A stretch of 52,700 bases of DNA from Thermoplasmata archaeon (lineage in GTDB: Archaea > Thermoplasmatota > Thermoplasmata > Lutacidiplasmatales > UBA184). Where the stretch lies: positions 1 to 52,700 of the forward strand of contig DASPQN010000073.1 of the NCBI GenBank assembly GCA_035624925.1, in the 5' to 3' direction. Positions 17,027 to 25,295 of the stretch are shown piece by piece. The notes under the pieces are model-generated. The model did no database searches, was not told the origin of the DNA, and saw only the letters and a list, made by a program, of their open reading frames with translations. Within the stretch, counting starts at the first letter, position 1; each line of letters begins with the position of its first letter. Made by a program: the position numbers and the translations under genes.

Positions 17027-17988
17027 CGCGGACCCCCCGCCCCCTCGGCGCGCGGTCGCGCATGTCCGCTCGCGAGCCCGAGCCGGACCTTGTCCTGGTC
17101 GTCGAGCGGAGGCGATGTCGCGAACCCGACGATCTCCGTCCAGCGCTCCGGCGCCGGAGCCGGGATGCAGGCGCTCACCACCCACGGGTGGCCTAGGACG
17201 AAGTGGAGGGCGGCCTGGGCCAGCGTGCGCTGCCGGGGCCTCGCGAGGAAACCGAGACGCGCCACCGGTTCGAACTCGGCCTCGAGCTCCCGGACCGTCC
17301 TCGGGGCGGAGGCAGGGATGGCGGAAGAGCCCGCGGCGAAACGGCTCGCGTCCAACCGACCGGCGGCGAACGGGTCGCGAACGATCCAAGAGTACGAACC
17401 GGGCTCCAGCCTTCTCGTGGAGGTCTCCCCCAGGCTCCGGTCGAGGAGCGAGAACGACCCGGAGAGGAGCCTGGGACCCGGGAGCAGCGCAGCGCGGTCG
17501 AGGTCGTCGACGGACCGGCACCGCAGGACCTCCACCTCGCCGGGCTGGGTGCCCGGGGCGCTCCCGGTGCTGCCGGAGATCTCCGCAATCTCGAGCTCGT
17601 ACACATGCCGAAGCCGCTGGGGCGCCGCCGCGTGGCCGCGCCGCGGACCGCTGTCGGCCAGCGCCGTGACGGGGCTCTGGACCGAGGGTGCGCGAGCCCC
17701 GGGCGTGGGGGCCCGCGGCGGCCGTCCGTGGGCCAAGACGACGATGTTCGGGTCACCGTCGGGGAACGCTCGGGCGAGGAGCGCCTCGCCCAGGTCGGGG
17801 TCCGGGGACTCTACAGTGTCGAACGTGGTGATGCCCGCCTCGCGCGCCCTCCGGAGGAGCGCGACCGCAGCGTTCGTGTCGGTGGGCCCGGGGCTCCGGC
17901 CCACCGTGAGCGTCAGTGCTGAGAGCTCGCACGATGCGCCCACGAACGGCCGCCGTCGTGGGATCCCCGGTGGGGCCGTGCGCTCCAT
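17023..17988 (-). CDS. Aldo/keto-reductase-like protein (divergent)
   Basis: AGITTFDTVESPDPDLGEALLARAF and TLAQAALHFVLGHPWVVSACIPA resemble the AKR N- and C-terminal signatures. Translationally coupled to bcp. Confidence 0.5.
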   Translation of the reverse strand: MERTAPPGIPRRRPFVGASCELSALTLTVGRSPGPTDTNAAVALLRRAREAGITTFDTVESPDPDLGEALLARAFPDGDPNIVVLAHGRPPRAPTPGARAPSVQSPVTALADSGPRRGHAAAPQRLRHVYELEIAEISGSTGSAPGTQPGEVEVLRCRSVDDLDRAALLPGPRLLSGSFSLLDRSLGETSTRRLEPGSYSWIVRDPFAAGRLDASRFAAGSSAIPASAPRTVRELEAEFEPVARLGFLARPRQRTLAQAALHFVLGHPWVVSACIPAPAPERWTEIVGFATSPPLDDQDKVRLGLASGHARPRAEGAGGPR

Positions 17989-18082
17989 CGCCCTACGACA
18001 CGACGGCAGGGCCCTTGAACCGTTCGACGTGCCCCCGAAGCCCGCTCGGCGGGCTTATCGCGAGGGCGCGAATGGGACCGCC

Positions 18083-19789
18083 ATGCCTCTGTCGGTCACC
18101 GTCGCGGACCGCCGTCCGATGACCGAGCGGTGGCGTCCGGACCGCCTGCGCGACCTCGTCGGCAACCCGAGGGCGGTGGCGGAGCTGGCCTCCTGGGCGG
18201 ACGCCTGGACAGGGAAGAGCCCCCCGGCGCGTCGCGCCGTGATCCTGGTCGGCCCCCCCGGCGTCGGCAAGACCAGCGCGGCGGTCGCGCTCGCCTCCGA
18301 GCGGGGGTGGACCCTCGTCGAGATGAACGCCTCGGACGCCCGGAACCAGGCGGCGATCGAACGGGTCGCGGGGCGGGCGTCGATCACCCATGCCCTCGAC
18401 GTCTCGAGCCGGCGCACCGGCCCCGCGAGGACGCTCGTCCTGCTCGATGAGGCCGACTGCCTCACCGGGGGCCGGACCAGCGAGGGGGCGCGCGTCGTAC
18501 GGGAGCCGGTCGCGCTGCGGGCCTTTCTCGAGGGGCGCTACGGTTCGGTGGAGGCGCTGAACGCCGCCTGGGGACTGGTCCCCGACGGTAAGGTGCGTCG
18601 GTTCGAGAGCTGGGCTTCCGTCCCGAAGAGCCCGGGGAACGCGGCCTGGGGCAAGCTCGCGGCCGCCCGCAAGGACCTCGGCGACTGGAGGGACGCCGGG
18701 CGCCTCGTGGAGACCGGCGACCGGGGTGGGCTCGGCGCGATCGCCCGGCTCGTGCGCGCCAGCCGCCAGCCGCTCGTGCTCACGGTGAACGACGACCGCC
18801 CCCTGACGCGCTACTCCCCGGTCTTCCGGACCTCCGCCCGGACGATCCGGTTCTGGCCGATCGACCCTCGGGACGTGACCGGTCGGCTCCGGTCGATCGC
18901 CCAGGCGGAACGGCTCGCTCTTGGGCCTGGCGTCCTGGAGGCGATCGTCGGCCGTTCGGGCGGCGACCTTCGGGCCGCGCTCAACGACCTCGACGCGATC
19001 GCTCCGCTCCCCCCGGGCGAGGGGCAGCGGGAGCTCCTCGGGATGCGCGACGTGGCGAGCGATTTCGCCGGGCTCACGGAGGAGGTCCTCAGCCGGCCCC
19101 GCTACTACCGTTCTGTCGAGGTGCACGACCGGCTCGACGCGCCCCCGGACGACCTCCTTCCGTGGGTCGAAGAGAACGTCCCGTGGTTCGCGGAGGACCC
19201 GGAGCACCGGGACGCCGGGCTCGCGGTCGTGGCGCGGGCCGAACTGTTCCTCGCGCGCGCCCGCCGCTGGAGGGCGTATGGGCTCTGGAGCTACGCCACA
19301 GAGCTGCTGACGGGCGGCGCCGGCCTGGCGGTCCGGGACCGGCCTTCCGGCGGTCGCGGGCACGCGGAGTTCCCCGCGTTCCTCGGGGAGATGGGACGCT
19401 CGCGCGCCTCCCGCGCGGTGCGCGACGCCGTCGTACGCAAGCTGGGCGCCCGGCTGCACCTCTCCCGGAGCAAGAGCCGGGCGATCGCGCTGCCGTTCGT
19501 CGAGGCGCTGTTCGCCGGGCTGGGCCGGGTCCCCAGGTCCCCGACCCGCGTCGGTCTCGCCCGGGCGATCGTCGCGGAGCTCGACCTCTCGGCGGAGGAG
19601 GTCGCGGCCCTCCTCGGCTCCGAGCCGGCGAGCGCGGCCGTTCGCGCCCTGCTCCCTCGGGGGGACGAGGACGAAGCCCCGCTCGACGACCCCTCGGCCG
19701 AGGGCGCCCCGCCGGGGGACGCCGCCCCACCGGCGGCGACGCGGAGACCGTCGGTCCAGCGCCGGCTCGGCGAGTGGGGACGGGGGTAG
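18083..19789 (+). CDS. rfcL: Replication factor C large subunit (clamp loader), with an unusual internal insertion
   Basis: WRPDRLRDLVGNPRAV, Walker A GPPGVGKTS, Walker B LVLLDEAD, GDRGG, LVLTVND, SGGDLRAALNDL, and a C-terminal PIP-like QRRLGEW. Only the 3' third of track ORF 16331..19789 is real. Start is ATG 18083 (weak CTTATC box 27 nt upstream) or ATG 18119. Confidence 0.85.
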   Translation: MPLSVTVADRRPMTERWRPDRLRDLVGNPRAVAELASWADAWTGKSPPARRAVILVGPPGVGKTSAAVALASERGWTLVEMNASDARNQAAIERVAGRASITHALDVSSRRTGPARTLVLLDEADCLTGGRTSEGARVVREPVALRAFLEGRYGSVEALNAAWGLVPDGKVRRFESWASVPKSPGNAAWGKLAAARKDLGDWRDAGRLVETGDRGGLGAIARLVRASRQPLVLTVNDDRPLTRYSPVFRTSARTIRFWPIDPRDVTGRLRSIAQAERLALGPGVLEAIVGRSGGDLRAALNDLDAIAPLPPGEGQRELLGMRDVASDFAGLTEEVLSRPRYYRSVEVHDRLDAPPDDLLPWVEENVPWFAEDPEHRDAGLAVVARAELFLARARRWRAYGLWSYATELLTGGAGLAVRDRPSGGRGHAEFPAFLGEMGRSRASRAVRDAVVRKLGARLHLSRSKSRAIALPFVEALFAGLGRVPRSPTRVGLARAIVAELDLSAEEVAALLGSEPASAAVRALLPRGDEDEAPLDDPSAEGAPPGDAAPPAATRRPSVQRRLGEWGRG

Positions 19790-19850
19790 GCGGTTCGGCA
19801 ACGCGGGCCGTCGTGTCCCGTGCCGCCCTGGCCCGGCCTCGGGCCGGGGT

Positions 19851-20699
19851 TCAGGCGGACGAACGACGCCGAACGAGCGGGCCGAGCCTGCGGAGCTGGG
19901 CGCGGACCTCGGGGTCGAGCGGAGGGTACCGCATCCGGAGGCGTGCGAGCGCCCGAAGGAGGATCTCGGCGACGACGACGTCCCGGGAGAGCGGGTGGTT
20001 CGAGGGCACGACGAACCACGGCGCGTCCTGCGTGCTCGTGCGTTCGAGGAGCGATTCGTAGGCCCGGACGTACTGCCGCCAGAGCGGGCGCTCGACCAGG
20101 TCGTGGGGGCTGAACTTCCACCGCTTCGTCGGGTCGTCGATGCGGGCCTGCAGCCGTCGGGCCTGCTCGGCGCGGTCGATGTGGAGGAAGAACTTCAGCA
20201 GGGTCGTTCCCTCGGCGGTCAGGAGCCGCTCGAAGCCGCGGATCGCCCGGAACCGCCGGCTCACCTCGTCCTCCGAGAGCTCGCCGTGGACGCGGGGTTG
20301 GAGAACGTCCTCGTAGTGGCTGCGGTTGAAGATCACGATCTCGCCGGTACGCGGGACCCGGGCATGGACCCGCCAGAGGAAGTCGTGCGCGAGCTCCTCC
20401 GGGGTCGGTGGGCCGAAGCGCGCGACGCGGACCCCCTGGGGGTTGACCCCCTCGAACACGCGGCGGATCGTCGCGTCCTTGCCCGCCGTGTCCATCCCCT
20501 GGAGCACGATCAGGATCTTTCGCCGCCGCTCGGCCCACAGCAGCCCTTGGAGCCGGTCGATCTTGGGGAGGACCCGTTCGAGGGTCGCCTTCGCTTCCTT
20601 GTCGCTGCGGGCGCCGGCGGCCCGCTCGTTGGGGTCCCAGGTGGCGAGGCGGACCGGCCTGCCGGGTCGGACCCGGAACGCCTTCCAGGGATGCGTCAC
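19851..20699 (-). CDS. ppk2: Polyphosphate kinase 2 family (polyphosphate:nucleotide phosphotransferase)
   Basis: ILIVLQGMDTAGKDATIRRVFEGVNPQGVRV, FLWRVHARVPRTGEIVIFNRSHYEDVL, KRWKFSPHDL, APWFVVPSN. Confidence 0.9.
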   Translation of the reverse strand: MTHPWKAFRVRPGRPVRLATWDPNERAAGARSDKEAKATLERVLPKIDRLQGLLWAERRRKILIVLQGMDTAGKDATIRRVFEGVNPQGVRVARFGPPTPEELAHDFLWRVHARVPRTGEIVIFNRSHYEDVLQPRVHGELSEDEVSRRFRAIRGFERLLTAEGTTLLKFFLHIDRAEQARRLQARIDDPTKRWKFSPHDLVERPLWRQYVRAYESLLERTSTQDAPWFVVPSNHPLSRDVVVAEILLRALARLRMRYPPLDPEVRAQLRRLGPLVRRRSSA

Positions 20700-20748
20700 G
20701 CCCGACCCGCTTCGGACCGTCCGACGGCGTGCCTCTCGAGCCCGCCCT

Positions 20749-21186
20749 TTAGGCGAGCCGGGACCGGACGCTCACCGCGACGTTGCCCTTCAAGGCCCCT
20801 GAGATCGGGCAGCCTTCGCTCGCCGCCTTCGCGGCCGCCTCGAACTCGGGCGCCGTCATCCCGGGGACGGCTCCGACCACGTCGAGCTCCATCGTCGTCA
20901 CCTTCCAGGCGTCGCCGACCTTGTCGAACGTCGCGGTCGCGGTCACCTGGAGGCGGCGGGGAGGCTTCTGCGCGCGGCCGAGGCCGGCGGAGAGGGCCAT
21001 CGAAAAGCACGACGCCTCAGCGGCGGCGAGCAGCTCTTCGGGGCTCGACTTGCCCCCGGGGGCCTCCGTCCGCGCCGGCCAGGAGACCTGGACCTCGCCC
21101 AGTGCCCCGCTCGTGCCCTTGACCGTGCCGTGCCCATGGGCCAGATCCCCTTCCCAGACCGCCTGCGCGCTGCGCTTCGCCGCCAT
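20749..21186 (-). CDS. osmC: OsmC-family peroxiredoxin
   Basis: SPEELLAAAEASCFSMAL and ASEGCPISGALKGN carry the two conserved OsmC cysteines. A TTTAA island lies about 29 nt upstream of the start. Confidence 0.85.
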   Translation of the reverse strand: MAAKRSAQAVWEGDLAHGHGTVKGTSGALGEVQVSWPARTEAPGGKSSPEELLAAAEASCFSMALSAGLGRAQKPPRRLQVTATATFDKVGDAWKVTTMELDVVGAVPGMTAPEFEAAAKAASEGCPISGALKGNVAVSVRSRLA

Positions 21187-21285
21187 ACGGGCCCGCCACG
21201 TTCGGGACGCGATTTAACGTTCCCCGCGACGCGCCTCTCGGGGCTCGCCTGTCAGGGTTTTCTGCTCTTCGGAGCTAGAAGTGGT

Positions 21286-21768
21286 GTGGCGCTGACGCTC
21301 GGGCGCCTGCCCCGCTACCTCGTCCTCGACCCGGTCTCGACGGTCCGCCTCGAGGTGCTCCTCGCTCGGCCATCGTGCGAGATCGACGTCGGGCTCGAGA
21401 ACCCGAGGCCGGGGCGCTCGTTCCTGCTCCTCGTCGGGCCCGTGGGCGGGCCCGTCATCCAGCGCATCCGGCTCACCGGGAAGGCGCGGCTCCTGTTCGA
21501 GCCGAGCGACGAGCGCTCGCACGTCCTGATGCTGGCGAACCCCCAGAAGGAGCCGCTCGTCCTGCGCCTCAGGGGCCGCACGGTGAGCCGTGGGCACCCC
21601 GTGCCCCCGCGGGACAACGCTAGGTCGCTCGAATCAGCGCCTGCCTCCCGCGGTCATGGCCGTCGCCCCCGCGCAAAGCTGGTCACGATCGCTTCGTCCG
21701 GCCCCCACGGGTCGGAGGACGCCGGGACGGTCGACGAGCCGGAGCGGCGAGGTCGGGCAAAGGATTGA
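21286..21768 (+). CDS. Hypothetical protein (about 160 aa from GTG)
   Basis: Part of track ORF 21130..21768. Third-position GC is very high from about 21289 to 21620 in this frame only. No recognisable motif. Start uncertain. Confidence 0.4.
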   Translation: MALTLGRLPRYLVLDPVSTVRLEVLLARPSCEIDVGLENPRPGRSFLLLVGPVGGPVIQRIRLTGKARLLFEPSDERSHVLMLANPQKEPLVLRLRGRTVSRGHPVPPRDNARSLESAPASRGHGRRPRAKLVTIASSGPHGSEDAGTVDEPERRGRAKD

Positions 21769-21808
21769 AGGGCGGTGACACTCCGCCCGTGGGGGACGTA
21801 GAGGCGGT

Positions 21809-22444
21809 ATGACCGACCTGGCGATCTACGCGGCCGTCCTGATCAGCGTCTTCGCGATCGTCGACCCGGTCGGGACGCTCCCGTTCTTCGTCGCGCTGAC
21901 GGAGGGTCTCTCCGAGGCCGACCGCGAGGTCGTCCTGCGTCGGGCGGTGATCGTCTTCGCGACCGTCCTCGTGCTGTTCGCCCTGCTCGGGCGGTTCCTG
22001 TTCGCGGCGTTCGGCTTCACCCTCGGGGCGTTCGAGATCGCGGGGGGGATCCTGCTGTTCCTGGTGGCGTTCGACATGCTCCAGGGCGAGATGACACGGA
22101 CGAAGTTCACCTCCCAGGACCAGGACGTGGCGGTCGCCCATCGCGACGAGATCGCGGTGGTCCCTCTCGGGATCCCGCTGCTCGCCGGTCCGGGGGCGAT
22201 CTCGACCGTGATGATCTACGAGGGGAGCGCGGGGACCGACCCGTGGCTCATCGTCGCGACGTTCGTCGCGATCTTCGTGACGGCCTGCGCGACGTACGTG
22301 ATCCTGCGGGTCGGCCGGCCGATCCTCGGGAAGCTGGGCCGGACCGGCGTGATGGCGATGACGCGGGTCTTGGGCCTGATCCTCGCTGCCCTCGGGGTGC
22401 AGTTCGTGCTGAACGGCGTCGCGTCCGTCCTGCCGCACCTGTAG
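21809..22444 (+). CDS. marC: MarC-family (UPF0056/NAAT) integral membrane protein
   Basis: FAIVDPVGTLPFFVALTEG, GAFEIAGGILLFLVAFDML, VPLGIPLLAGPGAISTV. Confidence 0.85.
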   Translation: MTDLAIYAAVLISVFAIVDPVGTLPFFVALTEGLSEADREVVLRRAVIVFATVLVLFALLGRFLFAAFGFTLGAFEIAGGILLFLVAFDMLQGEMTRTKFTSQDQDVAVAHRDEIAVVPLGIPLLAGPGAISTVMIYEGSAGTDPWLIVATFVAIFVTACATYVILRVGRPILGKLGRTGVMAMTRVLGLILAALGVQFVLNGVASVLPHL

Positions 22445-23078
22445 GCCGCCGAGGTACCGCAGCGCGGGCCGAGGCCTTCGCCCTGGCCGCGGCGCCGGGA
22501 CGACGGGCGAGGACGACCGCGGACGGGCTCCTCGGGTTCCGCTCGACCGCCCAGACCTTCTCGCCGGCGCGGATCGCCACCGGCAGGTCGTTCTCGGCGG
22601 GCGGGAACGCGCACTCGTAGTCGTCGGTGTAGGCGCAGTACGGGTTGAACGCCCGGTTGAAGTCGACCTCGTAGACGTCCTGCTCGTTCAGCTCGAGCGT
22701 CACGTAGCGGCCGGCTCCGTAGCTCTCGCGTCCACTGGTCGCGTCCCGGAACGGGACGAAGACCGCCGTGCCGACCCCCTCGCCGGCATGGTAGAGCCGC
22801 AGCGCCAGCACCTGGCCCTGGAGGAGGAAGGAGAGGTCGCCGAGGTAGCGCATCACCGCCTGGTTGTCGCGGTTGGTGCGCAGGTACGCCTCGGCCGGCG
22901 GGGAGACCCTCTCGAGGGTCGCGGTGACGCGGTAGCTCGGGTCCGGGGGGAAGTAGACGAGCTCGTGGAACGGCACGCGTCCGCTGACGAACGGCGACTC
23001 CGGGTGCCGGGACATGAAGTCGTTCTTCATCGCGCGCTCCGTCTCGAGCTCCTTCCGCCACGCGTCGTCCTGGACCAT
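22248..23078 (-). CDS. DUF1684-domain protein with a roughly 95-aa Arg-rich tail that overlaps marC
   Basis: YFPPDPSYRVTA, FVPFRDATSGRESYGAGRYV, VDFNRAFNPYCAYTDDYECAFPPAENDLPVAIRAGEK. The domain ends near 22550, but the frame stays open to 22248. Confidence 0.75.
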   Translation of the reverse strand: MVQDDAWRKELETERAMKNDFMSRHPESPFVSGRVPFHELVYFPPDPSYRVTATLERVSPPAEAYLRTNRDNQAVMRYLGDLSFLLQGQVLALRLYHAGEGVGTAVFVPFRDATSGRESYGAGRYVTLELNEQDVYEVDFNRAFNPYCAYTDDYECAFPPAENDLPVAIRAGEKVWAVERNPRSPSAVVLARRPGAAARAKASARAAVPRRPTGAAGRTRRRSARTAPRGQRGSGPRPASSPSRRSGPASRGSAGRPAGSRTSRRPSRRSRRTSRR

Positions 23079-23103
23079 CGGCGCGGGGGAGCTCGGGTGC
23101 CGC

Positions 23104-23703
23104 TTAACGCTTCGTGCGGAGGCCCGGCGCGCGCCCCAGCTCGAGCGCCATCAGCCCTTCGTCCACGACCTTGCCCCCGCGGCGGAAGCCCCCGGGAACC
23201 GCCCCGATCCCTCGGAAGCCGAACTCCTCGTACAGCCGTCGTGCCCCGGGGTTGTCCGCATGGACCCCCAGGCGAACGACCTTGAACCGGTCCCGGGATC
23301 GGCGTAGTGCGGCACGTAACAGCGCGTGACCGACCCCTCGGCCGCGGTAGCCATGCTCGACGAGGATGCCGAGCTCCGCGACGTGGCCGTTCTCGGCGTC
23401 GGCCGCCCTCCCCACGCGCCCCACGGTGCAGTGACCGACGACGCGTCCCCCGACCTCCGCGACGACGGCTACCGCGTCCCCGGCGAGGACCCGCCGGTAC
23501 AGCGTGGAGAACCATTCGACCTCCTCCGCGAGGGTCGGCTTCCGGGCGAGGAGCGTGATACCGTGCGGCTCCCCCGCGTCCCGCTCATCGTAGAGATGCC
23601 AGTAGCCCCGGACGAGGTCGTTGAAATCGCCCCAGCGGAGCTCCCGGGTCCGCACCGCGCCCCGTAGTCGGCCGCGGCGTCGCCGTGGGGTAGGGGCCTT
23701 CAC
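23104..23703 (-). CDS. GNAT-family N-acetyltransferase
   Basis: ELGILVEHGYRGRGVGHALLRAAL (Q/RxxGxG/A acetyl-CoA motif) and NPGARRLYEEFGF. GTG start preceded by a GAGGAGGGA SD-like element. Confidence 0.8.
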   Translation of the reverse strand: MKAPTPRRRRGRLRGAVRTRELRWGDFNDLVRGYWHLYDERDAGEPHGITLLARKPTLAEEVEWFSTLYRRVLAGDAVAVVAEVGGRVVGHCTVGRVGRAADAENGHVAELGILVEHGYRGRGVGHALLRAALRRSRDRFKVVRLGVHADNPGARRLYEEFGFRGIGAVPGGFRRGGKVVDEGLMALELGRAPGLRTKR

Positions 23704-23885
23704 GCGAGTCCCTCCTCTCGATTGGCCGTCGAGGCGTGAGGCTACATACGTCCACGCTTCCGCCGCCGCTTTCCTGCCTCACTAGGGAAGACGCGGGTGG
23801 GCTGCTCGGGACGTCGCCCCTCTCCTTCAGCTCGCCCGGGGAACGCGTCGTGGGCGCCGGACGGGGGATGACCCCTGACAGGGGT

Positions 23886-24251
23886 CTACATGTAACCGAA
23901 CTGCCGCTTCGCGAAGTCGCTCATCCGGTCCGGGCTCCATGGGGGTTCCCAGACCAGCTCGACCGTGGCGCCGTGGACGTCCGGGACCTTCTCGATCACC
24001 GTCTTGACCTCCTCGGCGAGGATCCCCGCGACCGGGCAGCCCGGGGCGGTCAGCGTCATCTTGAGCTTGACGTCGTTCCCGCTCCATTCGAAGCCGTAGA
24101 TCAGCCCGAGGTCGACGATGTTCATCGGGATCTCGGGATCGTAGACCTGCTTCAGCCCCTCGGTGATGAGCCGTTCCCTCTCGGCGTAGGCGCCACCGGC
24201 CCCGATCGGGCCGTTCGAGGGAGGCGTGGGGGCTTCGGTCGCGTCGTGCAT
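23886..24251 (-). CDS. DUF59/MIP18-family Fe-S assembly protein (SufT/PaaD-like)
   Basis: Internal ATG of track ORF 23886..25850. Motifs VYDPEIPMNIVDLGLIY, KMTLTAPGCPVAG, VELVWEPPWSPDRMS. Confidence 0.85.
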   Translation of the reverse strand: MHDATEAPTPPSNGPIGAGGAYAERERLITEGLKQVYDPEIPMNIVDLGLIYGFEWSGNDVKLKMTLTAPGCPVAGILAEEVKTVIEKVPDVHGATVELVWEPPWSPDRMSDFAKRQFGYM

Positions 24252-24275
24252 CGCCTTCCGGAGCGGACCGGGTGC

Positions 24276-24332
24276 TATAACGGTGAGGGCGCCGGGGCCG
24301 CCCCGGCCCTCTCGAGTGGGAGCGCCTTTATT
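24276..24332. promoter_or_regulatory. Divergent promoter region with two TATA-like boxes: TATAA at 24276-24280 for DUF59 and TTTATT at 24327-24332 for mptA
   Basis: Each box is centred 25-27 nt upstream of its start codon (ATG 24251 on the minus strand, GTG 24354 on the plus strand). Confidence 0.4.
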
Positions 24333-24353
24333 CGGCGCGCCGGTGGACCGGCG

Positions 24354-25271
24354 GTGACGCCCCCTACCGACATCCACGCGCTCGCGCCCGCCCGGGGCCG
24401 GATGAAGTTGAGGTCGGTCGGGGTATCCGGCATCCGTAAACCGCTCAACGTTCAGCGCGCCGGGCGAACGCACCCGCTCGCGGTCACGTTCCACGTAGCG
24501 GTCGACCTTCCCTCGAGCCGCAAAGGCTCGGACCTCTCCCGGAACGCCGAGATCCTCGCCGAGATCGTCGACGAGACGGTCACCCGCCCCGTCGAGAGCC
24601 TGGAGAACGCCTGCTCGGCGATCGCCGCGGAGCTCCTGCGGCGGCACGGCTACGCGACGGAGGCGTCCGTGGAGGCGTCGGCCGAGTACTTCCTCCGCCA
24701 GGGGGTCTCGGAGGAGAAGCGCAGCTTCGAGGACTACACGCTCGTCGCCGAGGCCCGCGCGACGCGGGGAGCCGACGGCGCGGTGACGGTCCACCGGGCG
24801 GTCGGGGCGGAAGCGGTCGGCATGACCGCTTGCCCGTGCGCGATGGAGACGTGCCGGGAGCGCCTGACCGCGGAGTTCCCCCTGCTCGCCGACCCCCGGC
24901 TCGCCGCCCTGCCGATGATCTCGCACAACCAGCGCAACCGCACCCGCCTGGTCTTCGAGCTCGCCGGGGACACCGACGTGGAGGCCGAGGAGGTGATCGC
25001 CGCGATCGAGGCAGCGCAATCGAGCCCGACGTACGCGATCCTCAAGCGGGGGGACGAGGGCCAGGTCGTGCTGAACGCCCATCGTCATCCGAAGTTCGTC
25101 GAGGACGTCCTGCGCGACCTGCTCGCGAGCCTCCCGGAACGGTTCCCGCACGTGCCGGACTCGGTGGCCGTCGTGGCGACGACCGTGAGCGAGGAGTCGA
25201 TCCACAAGTACAACGTCGAGGCGTCGCACCGGACCACGTTCGGGGAGCTCCGTCGCCCCGCCGCCCGCTAG
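24354..25271 (+). CDS. mptA: GTP cyclohydrolase MptA / FolE2 (type IB/IV)
   Basis: 3' part of track ORF 23736..25271. Motifs VGVSGIRKPL, SRKGSDLSRN, GMTACPCA, MISHNQRNR, SEESIHKYN. GTG 24354 is preferred on TATA spacing. ATG 24402 is the alternative. Confidence 0.85.
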   Translation: MTPPTDIHALAPARGRMKLRSVGVSGIRKPLNVQRAGRTHPLAVTFHVAVDLPSSRKGSDLSRNAEILAEIVDETVTRPVESLENACSAIAAELLRRHGYATEASVEASAEYFLRQGVSEEKRSFEDYTLVAEARATRGADGAVTVHRAVGAEAVGMTACPCAMETCRERLTAEFPLLADPRLAALPMISHNQRNRTRLVFELAGDTDVEAEEVIAAIEAAQSSPTYAILKRGDEGQVVLNAHRHPKFVEDVLRDLLASLPERFPHVPDSVAVVATTVSEESIHKYNVEASHRTTFGELRRPAAR

Positions 25272-25295
25272 GGCGGTACGGCCAGGGAGAGGGAC

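Noticed and set aside
16331-18082. 5' two-thirds of the 1,152-aa plus-strand ORF 16331..19789
   Set aside because: Only the segment from 18083 or 18119 onward matches RFC large subunit. The upstream part is Arg/Gly/Pro-rich with no motifs. It lies antisense to two well-supported minus-strand genes (bcp and the AKR-like gene), which are joined by an ATGA overlap. It is a typical high-GC open-frame artefact.
18473-18715. Intein in the RFC large subunit
   Set aside because: The insert is only about 81 aa. It does not start with Cys/Ser/Thr or end with His-Asn followed by Cys/Ser/Thr, and it has no LAGLIDADG or HNH motifs.
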